DNA of 64,000 nucleotides from an uncultured Ignavibacteria bacterium (lineage in GTDB: Bacteria; Bacteroidota; Ignavibacteria; Tepidaquicellales; OLB5): NCBI GenBank assembly GCA_963816535.1, contig CAWFKW010000003.1, positions 1,708,059 through 1,772,058 of the forward strand, given 5' to 3'. Positions 55,825-64,000 of this stretch are shown here, piece after piece. The number at the start of each line of letters is the position of its first letter. Position 1 is the stretch's first letter. The notes beneath the pieces are model-generated. The model was not told the DNA's origin, ran no database searches, and was given only the letters and a program-made list of their open reading frames with translations. Position numbers and translations under genes: made by a program.

Positions 55825-57045
55825 CTATATGTCTAAAGTCCAGAGCTTCTTTCCCGTGTCATAATCAAAACCCATCATTCCTTCGCCTTTAAACTGGAGC
55901 GTAACTAAGTTGCCCGAACGTCTCACTTTTATATCGTCTTTAGTGAAAAATAAACTTGAAAATGAATCTTTGTTTTCATCAATTTTCATTTTCTTAAACA
56001 GGTCGTCCTGCTGGATGGTCCATTTTTCCTTTCCTGATTTCACGTCGATGCATGTTAACATCCTGTTTGATTTTTGTCCAAGCTGGTCAAGGTGCACAAT
56101 GAGAGCGCAATCTTCATCCTGGTAATATATAAGTCCTTCAAGGTAGATTCTGTCGCCTAACGGTTCGCCTGTTGCTCCTGCAAAGAATTCAAGCGAGCTC
56201 TCATTTCCCACCCAGCTTTCAAGGCTTGTTCTGTTCGAGAAAAGCTGGCCCTTGGGGCCGGAGACCTTATAAAGTTTTTTTCTTGGCCCGGATGAGTTCT
56301 GCGTGCCTAATACTAAAACCGATGAAGGTTCCGTTAATTTTGTCATTTCATCGTTGAATTCGCCAAAGGTTTCATACATTTTATCGGTGTCGAAGCTGTA
56401 GGTGAGCTGGTCCTTTCCGTCCTTGGTCTTCAGCGTAATAGTGTTTTCTTTTTCATTATAATTAATGCCGGCAAGGCCGCCGCTTAATGTCGGAAATTTG
56501 GCAATGAAGGCTTTTGTATCCATTTCAAGCTCGTAGGTTTCAGCGTTATAAACTTCTATCTTCGGCTCGTTCTCGCCGTATTCATGCGTTAGCTCCCATA
56601 CGTTTCCTTTGTTATAAACCATATCTATCAAGGTAATGATATCTTTCTGCTCGGTTTTTGTTTTCCTTAGGATTTTTTCATTGATTGGGTCATACACGTA
56701 CGTCCAAGTTTTGCAGAAGAAACACTTGCGCCCGGTTGAATAACTTCCCGGCGATTTATTAGTCTGTATATAATTAAACGAGCCGTCTGTCAGTATCCAA
56801 AGCTTTGTGCTGCCGTCTTTTTGGGGAACGATCGCCATATCCATAAAATCTCCGTGTATGGAGTTTGACGTCAGCGCGGGATATGCAAAAAATATTCCTC
56901 CCAAAACAATTAAAATAATTAAGACGATTCCGCCGATGATGCCAATGCAACCTTTACCGGCGCAGCCGGATTTTTTTCCGTAAATCTTTTGCCCGCCCGC
57001 CGGATTTTGCGGCTGGAAAGCGCCATAATTTATTTGTGGTTCCAT
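55825..57045 (-). CDS. Membrane-anchored beta-propeller-like protein, array copy 2
   Basis: Same architecture and motifs as copy 3. Confidence 0.8.
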   Translation of the reverse strand: MEPQINYGAFQPQNPAGGQKIYGKKSGCAGKGCIGIIGGIVLIILIVLGGIFFAYPALTSNSIHGDFMDMAIVPQKDGSTKLWILTDGSFNYIQTNKSPGSYSTGRKCFFCKTWTYVYDPINEKILRKTKTEQKDIITLIDMVYNKGNVWELTHEYGENEPKIEVYNAETYELEMDTKAFIAKFPTLSGGLAGINYNEKENTITLKTKDGKDQLTYSFDTDKMYETFGEFNDEMTKLTEPSSVLVLGTQNSSGPRKKLYKVSGPKGQLFSNRTSLESWVGNESSLEFFAGATGEPLGDRIYLEGLIYYQDEDCALIVHLDQLGQKSNRMLTCIDVKSGKEKWTIQQDDLFKKMKIDENKDSFSSLFFTKDDIKVRRSGNLVTLQFKGEGMMGFDYDTGKKLWTLDI

Positions 57046-57084
57046 AATAAATCCCGAAATTTAGTTACTAAATTATTTTACAAA

Positions 57085-58290
57085 CTATATATTTAATTTC
57101 CAAAGCTGCTTCCCCGTTTCGTAGTCGAACCCGATCAATCCCTCGCCTTTCATTTCCAGGATAACCAGGTTGCCTGAGCGCCGTACTTTAATTTTATCTT
57201 TGGTAAAGAACAGGCTTGAAAATGAATCGGAGTTCTCATCGATCTTCATTTTCTTAAACATATCATCCTGCTGAGCGGTCCATTTTTCTTTACCCGTTTT
57301 TGTATCTACACAGGTCATCATCCTGTTTGATTTTTTCCCGAGCTGGTCAAGATGTATAAAAATTGCGCAGTCTTTATCCTCGTGATAAATAATTCCTTCA
57401 AGGTAAACCCTGTCTCCAAGAGGGTCGGCTGTTATTGAGTCGTATGGAGTAATCGCGCCTTGTGAGATAGGAAAACTTTCGACAGAAGATCTTTTCATGA
57501 TTATGTTTCCTTCTTTACCGGTCAGTCTGAAGAGCTTCTTTCTGCTGTTTCCCGAGCCCTGCTCGGGAGATAACGCGATAATAGAAATGATTCTCTGCGA
57601 ATTCCCTTTTTCTTTGCTGAAATCCGCGAAATTATCGTACATTTTTTCCTTTTCTATGCTGTACGTAATCTGTTTTCTGCCGTCCTTTGTTTCAAAATCT
57701 ATTATTCCCTGTTTTTCGTCGTACCTGATTTCTGAAATCCCGCCGCTTAAGACCGGGTATTTAGCTGCGAATTGTTTTGTGTCCATTAGCATTTCAGATG
57801 AAATCGCGTCATATATTTCTATCTTAGGCTCGTTCTCATGATAGCCGCCCGTTACAACATAAACTTTGCCGCTATTGTAAAAAATATTCATTGTAGTTAT
57901 AACATCCTGCTGCTCCGTCTTTATTTTTTTAAGAATTTTTTGAGCGGCGGGATCGTACACATATGTCCATGTTTTGCAGAAATAGCATTTGACGCCGGTT
58001 GAATAACTGCCCGGTGATTTAGTTGTCTGAACAAACCTGAAAGAACCGTCGGTCAGAATCCACAGATCCTGGCTGCCGTCTTTTTGTGGTACTATTGCCA
58101 TGTCAAGAAAATTGCCCCGTATGGAATTAGGAGTGAGGGCCGGATAAACAAAATAAAATCCTGCGGCAATGATAATTACCAGGATTATTAAAACGCTGAA
58201 TATTTTCATGCAGCCGCCGCCGGCTCTTGATTTGCCGTATATTTTCTGCTCCTGAACCGGGGCGCCGCCGTAGTTTATTTGGAGTTCCAT
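57085..58290 (-). CDS. Membrane-anchored beta-propeller-like protein, array copy 1
   Basis: Same architecture, with KCYFCKTW. Confidence 0.8.
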   Translation of the reverse strand: MELQINYGGAPVQEQKIYGKSRAGGGCMKIFSVLIILVIIIAAGFYFVYPALTPNSIRGNFLDMAIVPQKDGSQDLWILTDGSFRFVQTTKSPGSYSTGVKCYFCKTWTYVYDPAAQKILKKIKTEQQDVITTMNIFYNSGKVYVVTGGYHENEPKIEIYDAISSEMLMDTKQFAAKYPVLSGGISEIRYDEKQGIIDFETKDGRKQITYSIEKEKMYDNFADFSKEKGNSQRIISIIALSPEQGSGNSRKKLFRLTGKEGNIIMKRSSVESFPISQGAITPYDSITADPLGDRVYLEGIIYHEDKDCAIFIHLDQLGKKSNRMMTCVDTKTGKEKWTAQQDDMFKKMKIDENSDSFSSLFFTKDKIKVRRSGNLVILEMKGEGLIGFDYETGKQLWKLNI

Positions 58291-58354
58291 GTCTTAATTT
58301 TGAATTATTTGAGTACTCTAATATAACTAATATTTGGACTAAAATGCCACGCCG

Positions 58355-58493
58355 TCATTTAGCATGAATTTCAAGCTGCCATGTCTGCTTTCCTGACTGC
58401 AGGTCGAACCCTTTCATCCCGGTCCCCCGGAATGTGAGCATCAAAGTATTGTTAGCGCGGCGGAACTTAATTTTGTGATATTTGCGGTTCCAT
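58355..58493 (-). pseudogene. Internally deleted fourth copy of the propeller array
   Basis: ATG GAA CCG CAA ATA (MEPQI) joined out of frame to KIKFRRANNTLMLTFRGTGMKGFDLQSGKQTWQLEIHAK*, which matches the paralogues' C-terminus. Confidence 0.8.
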
Positions 58494-58678
58494 AATTGAT
58501 TTATGGAGTTTCCAAAAACATATAAATATAAAAATAAATGTCGGCATTTTATCGGTATTAGACCGAAAAATAAGCGGAAACTTTTTCTAAATTGTTTTAA
58601 AAAAACAGGGATGAATTGATTGCTTTAGGGTCAAAAACGAAATATTTCGATTTGGAGGGTTGAGAAATGTTTTCTAAT

Positions 58679-58951
58679 TTATCGAGTGAATTCTTCCCTG
58701 ATCTTATCAGATAAGAACATCTTCATAAGGGACTGGTATGGGATATCTTTTTTATTAGCCAGGGTTTTGAGGTTGTCGAGCATTGCTTTTGGAAGCCTGA
58801 GAGAAATTGATTTTACAGATGGTTTCAATTTCGGGAAAGATATCCTCTTAGCCTTAGACCAATCGATATACGAACTTGAGTCGTTTTTGGACCAGAACTT
58901 TCTCTCCTCGCCCGCGTTTCTAAATTTTGGGATTATTTTCTTCTTCATCAT
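58679..58951 (-). CDS. brnA: BrnA-family antitoxin
   Basis: IPKF....EERKFW...D, SISLRLP, IPYQSLMK. Confidence 0.88.
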   Translation of the reverse strand: MMKKKIIPKFRNAGEERKFWSKNDSSSYIDWSKAKRISFPKLKPSVKSISLRLPKAMLDNLKTLANKKDIPYQSLMKMFLSDKIREEFTR

Positions 58952-59234
58952 AAATGCTCCTTTCTTTCTTTGACATATCCCTTGCAGATAGGATCCGTAA
59001 TGAATTACTTCTGATTGTAAATACTATAAACAAATATCTTTCCAAATCAGTTTTCCCAAGCGCATAAAATCGATTTTCATCCCCGGTTGAGTGTTTTTCA
59101 ACATTTTGAATAATAAGAGGCTTGTTAAAAAAAATTTGTTCAGCCTCTATATTTAACACTTTATGGAATTTCCAGTTTTTATCTAAGTTACCTTTGTCCC
59201 ACTGAAACCCTTCTATTTTGTCAAAATCTATCAA
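58920..59234 (-). CDS. brnT: BrnT-family ribonuclease toxin
   Basis: FQWD.GN..KN..KH, EAEQIF, E.R...LG, VFTIR, RILSARDM...ER..Y. Confidence 0.9.
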   Translation of the reverse strand: MIDFDKIEGFQWDKGNLDKNWKFHKVLNIEAEQIFFNKPLIIQNVEKHSTGDENRFYALGKTDLERYLFIVFTIRSNSLRILSARDMSKKERSIYDEEENNPKI

Positions 59235-59250
59235 TATTTATAGCGGATTC

Positions 59251-59271
59251 TGTATATTGTGAACATATACA
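59251..59271. promoter_or_regulatory. Probable BrnA operator
   Basis: Inverted repeat TGTATAT-N7-ATATACA just upstream of brnT. Confidence 0.6.
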
Positions 59272-59347
59272 ATTATTATAAATATTTCAATCGAGAAATT
59301 GGGTCTCGGTGGAACAGAATGCGCCTATGATTATCAATTATTTGTAT

Positions 59348-60601
59348 TTACCCAGTAATTTTCATCTTAAGCAGAGTTTTCGATCTTAAGAATATGTAAC
59401 CTGTCACTAGCAGGGTCATTGCTCCGCCGAATATAACCGATGGCACAGTTCCTAAAATCTTAGCGGCTAATCCTGATTCAAAGGCTCCGACTTCATTTGA
59501 TGTGCTCAGGAAAATTCCGTTTATGGCGTTTACCCTGCCGCGCATATTATCCGGCGTCAGAAGCTGAAGCACAGTCGACCGTATCACAACGCTTATGCTG
59601 TCCAGCGCGCCCGTTAAGAAGATCGCCGCAACGGAGAGAATGAAATTCTGTGAAACCGCAAACACCAGCGTGGCTGCTCCAAAGCCGGTTACTGCAAGCA
59701 TAAGGTTCCGCCATGCATGCTCCATCGGCGATTTTTTTGACAGTATCAGCAAAACCAGCACGGCTCCGACCGATGGCGCCGCGCGGAGTATTCCCAGTTC
59801 TTCGGGGCCTACATGCAGAATGTCCTGGGCGAATATAGGCATTATGGCTGTCACTCCGCCGAACATAACTGAAAACATATCAAGCGAAATTGAGTATAGA
59901 ATTACTTTTGTTTTGTAAACATAGCTAAACCCTTCTTTGATTCTCTGAATGACCGAAACTTCCTTGCCCTGTTCCACAACCCGGTCTTTTATCAGCGCTG
60001 CAAATACAATTGATAACCCGATTAGCCCGATCACAAAGAGCAGCGTATTTGAAAATCCGAACATATTATACAGGAAGCCTGAAACGGCGGGGCCCACAAT
60101 AACGCCTGACTGCCACGATGCGCTGCTCCATGTGGACGCGTTTGCGTACGCTTCGCGGGGAATAAGAAACGCCCTGAGGGAAGTTATTGACGGCGAATAA
60201 AATGCACGGCATACTCCTATAAAAAATACGTTGCCCCATATTACGTATTTCAGGTCCTGTGCGTTCTCAGATGAAAGAATATGAAATGAGAGAGCATACA
60301 ATGCAAATGACGCCGCCATTATCAGCGCCAGCGACCATATTATTAATTTCTTTTTGCTGAATTTATCCGCGAAGTGGCCGCCGAATAGCGAAAGAAGTAT
60401 GAACGGCGCCGCTTCCGCCAGCCCGAGAAAGCCGATCGCCATCGGGTCATGCGTTAAGCGGTAAAGCTCGTAGCCGATTATGACCTCCTGGATCATCTGC
60501 GCCATGGTGGTAAGGAAACTCACGAAGAAATAAAAACGGAACTCTGCGTATCTGAGAGCTTGGAAAGCGTCGGTATTGGTTACAGGCAGCGGCTTGTTCA
60601 A
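59348..60601 (-). CDS. MFS transporter (EntS/H+ antiporter-like)
   Basis: GGHFADKFSKK, 12 TMs, TPDNMRGRVNA, SNEVGAFESG. Confidence 0.92.
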   Translation of the reverse strand: MNKPLPVTNTDAFQALRYAEFRFYFFVSFLTTMAQMIQEVIIGYELYRLTHDPMAIGFLGLAEAAPFILLSLFGGHFADKFSKKKLIIWSLALIMAASFALYALSFHILSSENAQDLKYVIWGNVFFIGVCRAFYSPSITSLRAFLIPREAYANASTWSSASWQSGVIVGPAVSGFLYNMFGFSNTLLFVIGLIGLSIVFAALIKDRVVEQGKEVSVIQRIKEGFSYVYKTKVILYSISLDMFSVMFGGVTAIMPIFAQDILHVGPEELGILRAAPSVGAVLVLLILSKKSPMEHAWRNLMLAVTGFGAATLVFAVSQNFILSVAAIFLTGALDSISVVIRSTVLQLLTPDNMRGRVNAINGIFLSTSNEVGAFESGLAAKILGTVPSVIFGGAMTLLVTGYIFLRSKTLLKMKITG

Positions 60602-60721
60602 TTAATTCTGAGTGTATTTACATTATCTGAATTCCTAAAAATAACCGTTAATCTGTTATTATTCTATTATATTACGCGGCCGTGTCGTAACCGCAGAAGC
60701 GGGGATCTTAGATAAATTTTA

Positions 60722-60810
60722 AAACCCGACAGGTTTTAAAAAAATTGTCAGGTTTGAAGATTTGTTAACGGCCCGGTGTATTTTCCTTCCCTGGCTCAAG
60801 CTTGGGAAGG
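60722..60810. repeat. Two degenerate REP-like palindromes
   Basis: aaacccgacaggtttt...ttgtcaggttt (relative of 16667) and ccttccctggctcaagcttgggaagg (relative of 42979). Confidence 0.5.
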
Positions 60811-60816
60811 GAGAAA

Positions 60817-61347
60817 CTATTTACTTCCTGCAATAAATCTCTCTATTTTTTCTTTTTGCCTTAAGTGGTGACGGTAGTGCATATCAATTAACTCAAACCA
60901 CTCAATTGCGTTTAAGTAACCAAGCGCCGGATGCTGCGCTTTACCATGATGCTCTGCGTTATCGATCTTTGCCGCGTATTCAGGCATCAGGGCAATTACT
61001 TCTTTTATTTTTGTTCTTGCTTCATCTTTGTTTTCAGGCTGAGCGGGCGTTGGCTGGAACTCGATCGGCACTTTTACCTCGATTGGAGGAAGCCCTCCCA
61101 TTTTATAAATTTCTATGGTGCGCTCGCTCATTGGCTCCGAGCCATGTTCATCCGAGCTGATGCATTCCTTAATCCTTGCGAACTGAAAAAATATGGCAGA
61201 TTTGGTTATGTGCTGATATACCTGCCCAAGCGACCACGCGTCATCTACAGGCTTTATCTTAAATTCTTCCTCAGTGTATTTTTCCAGATCGTTTATCCAG
61301 AGATTTGCCGTCTTTTCAAAATTTTCCTGAATTGTTTTAGTATCCAT
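60817..61347 (-). CDS. DinB-family protein
   Basis: KP...WSLGQVYQH, HPALG.LNA.EW, MHYRHHLRQ. Confidence 0.88.
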   Translation of the reverse strand: MDTKTIQENFEKTANLWINDLEKYTEEEFKIKPVDDAWSLGQVYQHITKSAIFFQFARIKECISSDEHGSEPMSERTIEIYKMGGLPPIEVKVPIEFQPTPAQPENKDEARTKIKEVIALMPEYAAKIDNAEHHGKAQHPALGYLNAIEWFELIDMHYRHHLRQKEKIERFIAGSK

Positions 61348-61420
61348 TATTATTTATTTTAATTTGAAGTAATCTTTCTTAGTTATTTGACGTTCAATTG
61401 ACTCTAAATGTTCTATTCAC

Positions 61421-61663
61421 TCATATAACTTTATTCCAGGTTTCTTTTATCTTTGAAATAATCTTTTCATTTTTCAAATCCTCATCGCTTATATACTCCT
61501 CAAAATGACCGCAGTTTGTGCAGATGTATGTATCAAGAAAGAAAAGCTTTATGGATGATACTACAAGCTGCATCCTTTCTCCGCGCTTACCAAGGCCATG
61601 AGTCGTATAAACCTCTTTTGATCCGCACTTAGGGCAGGTTTCCGATTTTAGATTTTGTTCCAT
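61421..61663 (-). CDS. Small zinc-ribbon protein
   Basis: CPKCGS and YICTNCGHFEEY. Confidence 0.75.
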   Translation of the reverse strand: MEQNLKSETCPKCGSKEVYTTHGLGKRGERMQLVVSSIKLFFLDTYICTNCGHFEEYISDEDLKNEKIISKIKETWNKVI

Positions 61664-61726
61664 TTATGATTTATATTTTTATCCGTTATTAAAATTACTG
61701 CTTACTTGTTGCTGCTGTCCGCCCAA

Positions 61727-61768
61727 ATAAATCTCAAATCGCAAATCTGACCTCTCAAATTTCAATAT
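61727..61768 (-). repeat. Degenerate heptamer tandem repeat (GATTTGA-type x6)
   Basis: Minus strand atattga aatttga gaggtca gatttgc gatttga gatttat, directly after a stop codon. Confidence 0.55.
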
Positions 61769-62524
61769 TTACCGCTTATATTTTCTCTTTAAATACTCTT
61801 CCCATGTAACGCTGGAATCGCTGCACTTATTGCACGTGTTATACCCATTTTGAAAAGCCAGAGGTAATTTACCCTTCACTGGAACCGGAATTATAAACGA
61901 AGTTTCGCCCCTTGCCTTAAACAGTAACCTTGCCATTTTCCCCGCCGTGAGGATTTCAGGGCCGCCCTGGTTAAATATTTTGCCTGAAGGGCCCATCCGG
62001 TATAGTTCGATAAGTTTTTTGGCAACGGCGGCTGTTTCAATAGACTGGAACTTCATGCTCTTTATCAAGAATCCGACCGGTCGCTTCACGTACCGGTCAA
62101 GCAGCATTTCTGCAAACTCATGGAACTGCGTTGTACGCAAAATTGTGTAATGTAAGCCGCTCTGTTTTATAATTTCTTCGCTCTTTAGTTTCTCTTTATA
62201 ATACGGAGTGTCCATTTTATCTATCCCGACTATGGATACGTAAATAAAATGCTTTATTCCGGCTGTTTTACATCGCTCTATCAGTGTGTTTGTTGTGACG
62301 CTGTCGGGAGCGGCGTTTCTGTTTGATGAATTTGACGCCAGATGGATAACAGCGCCGCAGTCAATTAGCGCTTCATCAAGTCCCTCGCCTGTATCAAGAT
62401 TTATTTTAAGCAGGCTGTCGATTTCGGGATTCCTGCTTGTACCCTTAAATGAAATATTATTTTCCGTAAGAGTTTTACAGACTTCTTTGCCTAACGTTCC
62501 GGTTGCGCCCGTTACTAAAATCAT
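61769..62524 (-). CDS. NAD(P)-binding atypical SDR/NmrA-like oxidoreductase
   Basis: ILVTGATGTLG, YVSIVG, YYKEK, TILRTTQFHE. Confidence 0.88.
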   Translation of the reverse strand: MILVTGATGTLGKEVCKTLTENNISFKGTSRNPEIDSLLKINLDTGEGLDEALIDCGAVIHLASNSSNRNAAPDSVTTNTLIERCKTAGIKHFIYVSIVGIDKMDTPYYKEKLKSEEIIKQSGLHYTILRTTQFHEFAEMLLDRYVKRPVGFLIKSMKFQSIETAAVAKKLIELYRMGPSGKIFNQGGPEILTAGKMARLLFKARGETSFIIPVPVKGKLPLAFQNGYNTCNKCSDSSVTWEEYLKRKYKR

Positions 62525-62543
62525 ATAGCCCTAATCAATAATT

Positions 62544-63866
62544 TTACCAGCTGACCTTTTCAACCTGTTTAAAATCCTCCGGGGTCACTTTAGTTTTGTC
62601 GCCGAGGTAGGTCCATTTTATAGAGCCGATATTGCTTCTGAATACCCTGTTAAGAGTCCCGAGGGATACATTGCTAACCTCTTTTTCGAAATTCTCGTAT
62701 GTTTTGAGGTTATTCCTTAAATACCAGCGTCCAATATTGGCTGACTGGCTTGCGGAGGTTCCCATTCTCATATAGTAAAGAGTCAGATAACTGTTCTTCG
62801 AATTTTTCAGGTCCTCTTCAGTGAAACCATTTTTCTGCACATCATTTATAATATCAACCATCTCCTCCAGCGCTTCTTTTGGCTTTTCGGTTGTAATATA
62901 GAGTACATTCAGAGGGGTAGTTATTGTACTGCCCGCCATATAGATCGCAGGCGCATACGAAAGGCTGCGCTTTGTCCGCAGCTCCAGGAAATATTTATCA
63001 TACATAATATTCATTGCTACCATCATGGCCGCGGCATCAGGCGAGCTCCAGTCAATGCCCGGCATTAATCCGTATATATAGTTTGTTGCAATTTTCCGGT
63101 CAAAAATTTCTTCTCCCGGTTTGCCCAGCTTCACCTGTTCAGCTGTTTTACCCGGGGCGCCTTCGGGCAGTTTGGAAAGCGCCGATTTTATTTTTGCGGT
63201 CAGATCGCTTTGCTCTACGTTGCCAACTACGACTATAAATACGCGCTTTTTGCAGACAGCATCTTTGTAATAAGTTTTTAAAACGTCAAGCGTAAGACCT
63301 GCAAGGGATTCTGCTGTTCCCTGAGGGTTTTTCGCGTAATCAGTTCCCTTAAATGTTGTTGTGAACGCCAGCTGGTTAAGTCTGTAATCCGGGTCCGCTT
63401 CGTTCTGTTTTGCTCCGGCTATGAGCTGTTCCTTCTTGATATTGAATTCCGTTTCACTGAATGCAGGATTCATAACCGCATCGCTGAACAGGTTCCATGA
63501 TTCGTCCCAGTATGTCCTCAGGCATCGTAAATTCATTTCACCGTAATCAAGCGATGCATCGGAGCCTATGGTTGTCCCGATCTTTTCAGCTTCGGAAAGA
63601 AATTCAGTTTTGTCCATCGATGTAGTGCCGCCTGAAACCGCCAGGCTGTATGCAAAGCCCTCGACGCCTTGTTTCTCAAGCGGGTAATTCGCCGTACCGC
63701 CCCTTACAAATAAACGCACGCTTATCACATCCTTTGGAGTATCATAAAGTATAACCTTTATGCCGTCCACGTCAAACTGGTTAACTTCGCCTGCTTTAAC
63801 TAAACCGCTGTAAAAAATTAAAAGCGCTGCGAATAACACGGTAAGTAGTTTTGCTGTTTTTTTCAT
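62544..63866 (-). CDS. M16B (pitrilysin-like) peptidase, non-catalytic subunit
   Basis: Signal peptide, LFVRGG, ELRTKRSLSYA (R/Y motif). No HxxEH. Confidence 0.85.
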   Translation of the reverse strand: MKKTAKLLTVLFAALLIFYSGLVKAGEVNQFDVDGIKVILYDTPKDVISVRLFVRGGTANYPLEKQGVEGFAYSLAVSGGTTSMDKTEFLSEAEKIGTTIGSDASLDYGEMNLRCLRTYWDESWNLFSDAVMNPAFSETEFNIKKEQLIAGAKQNEADPDYRLNQLAFTTTFKGTDYAKNPQGTAESLAGLTLDVLKTYYKDAVCKKRVFIVVVGNVEQSDLTAKIKSALSKLPEGAPGKTAEQVKLGKPGEEIFDRKIATNYIYGLMPGIDWSSPDAAAMMVAMNIMYDKYFLELRTKRSLSYAPAIYMAGSTITTPLNVLYITTEKPKEALEEMVDIINDVQKNGFTEEDLKNSKNSYLTLYYMRMGTSASQSANIGRWYLRNNLKTYENFEKEVSNVSLGTLNRVFRSNIGSIKWTYLGDKTKVTPEDFKQVEKVSW

Positions 63867-63872
63867 ATGGCA

Positions 63873-64000
63873 TTAATTTAACAAATCTTCAAATTTTGTA
63901 ATGTTCATACTGCTTTGCATTTCCGGAGAAAGCAGCAGCCCAGATACTTTAGGCATATCCTTAATATATTTTCTAACATACTTCTTTATGTCTTCCCTGG
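63873..64000 (-). CDS. C-terminus of a probable partner M16 peptidase (truncated by window)
   Basis: REDIKKYVRKYIKDMPKVSGLLLSPE...*. Stops 6 nt before the next ATG. Confidence 0.6.
   Translation of the reverse strand, partial: REDIKKYVRKYIKDMPKVSGLLLSPEMQSSMNITKFEDLLN

Noticed and set aside
1-64000. Prophage, integron, IS element or multi-gene anti-phage defence island
   Set aside because: No integrase, transposase, phage structural, restriction-modification, cas or reverse transcriptase genes were recognised. Only two stand-alone TA pairs are present.

Overview
Bacterial chromosomal segment read with the standard code (TGA used as a stop). It is most likely from an Ignavibacteria-like FCB-group organism; this is inferred from NYPNPFNP-type T9SS sorting domains, OMP_b-brl_3-type TonB-dependent receptors and overall gene content. 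It opens with ribF-rpsO-pnp and a gpmA...lptD-dapF housekeeping run. It also carries an 8-gene carotenoid acyl-glycoside operon, two type II toxin-antitoxin pairs, two T9SS cargo proteins, an ECF sigma factor and four sets of paralogues (lipoproteins, beta-carbonic anhydrases, TBDRs, and a three-plus-one array of membrane-anchored propeller-like proteins). No rRNA, tRNA, CRISPR array, integrase or transposase was recognised. Signals the ORF track misses: (1) a GxxExxY nuclease-family gene bounded by 22-bp inverted repeats ending in TTAA, a candidate transposase-free mobile cassette; (2) crtI has no ATG/GTG/TTG before its FAD motif and probably starts at ATC; (3) a secreted START/SRPBCC protein sits inside the crt operon; (4) a class D beta-lactamase remnant; (5) a fourth, internally deleted copy of the propeller array; (6) an unannotated 47-aa membrane ORF; (7) several shared promoter motifs, REP-like palindromes and heptamer repeats. 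All family calls come from motif recognition by eye; no database search was run.
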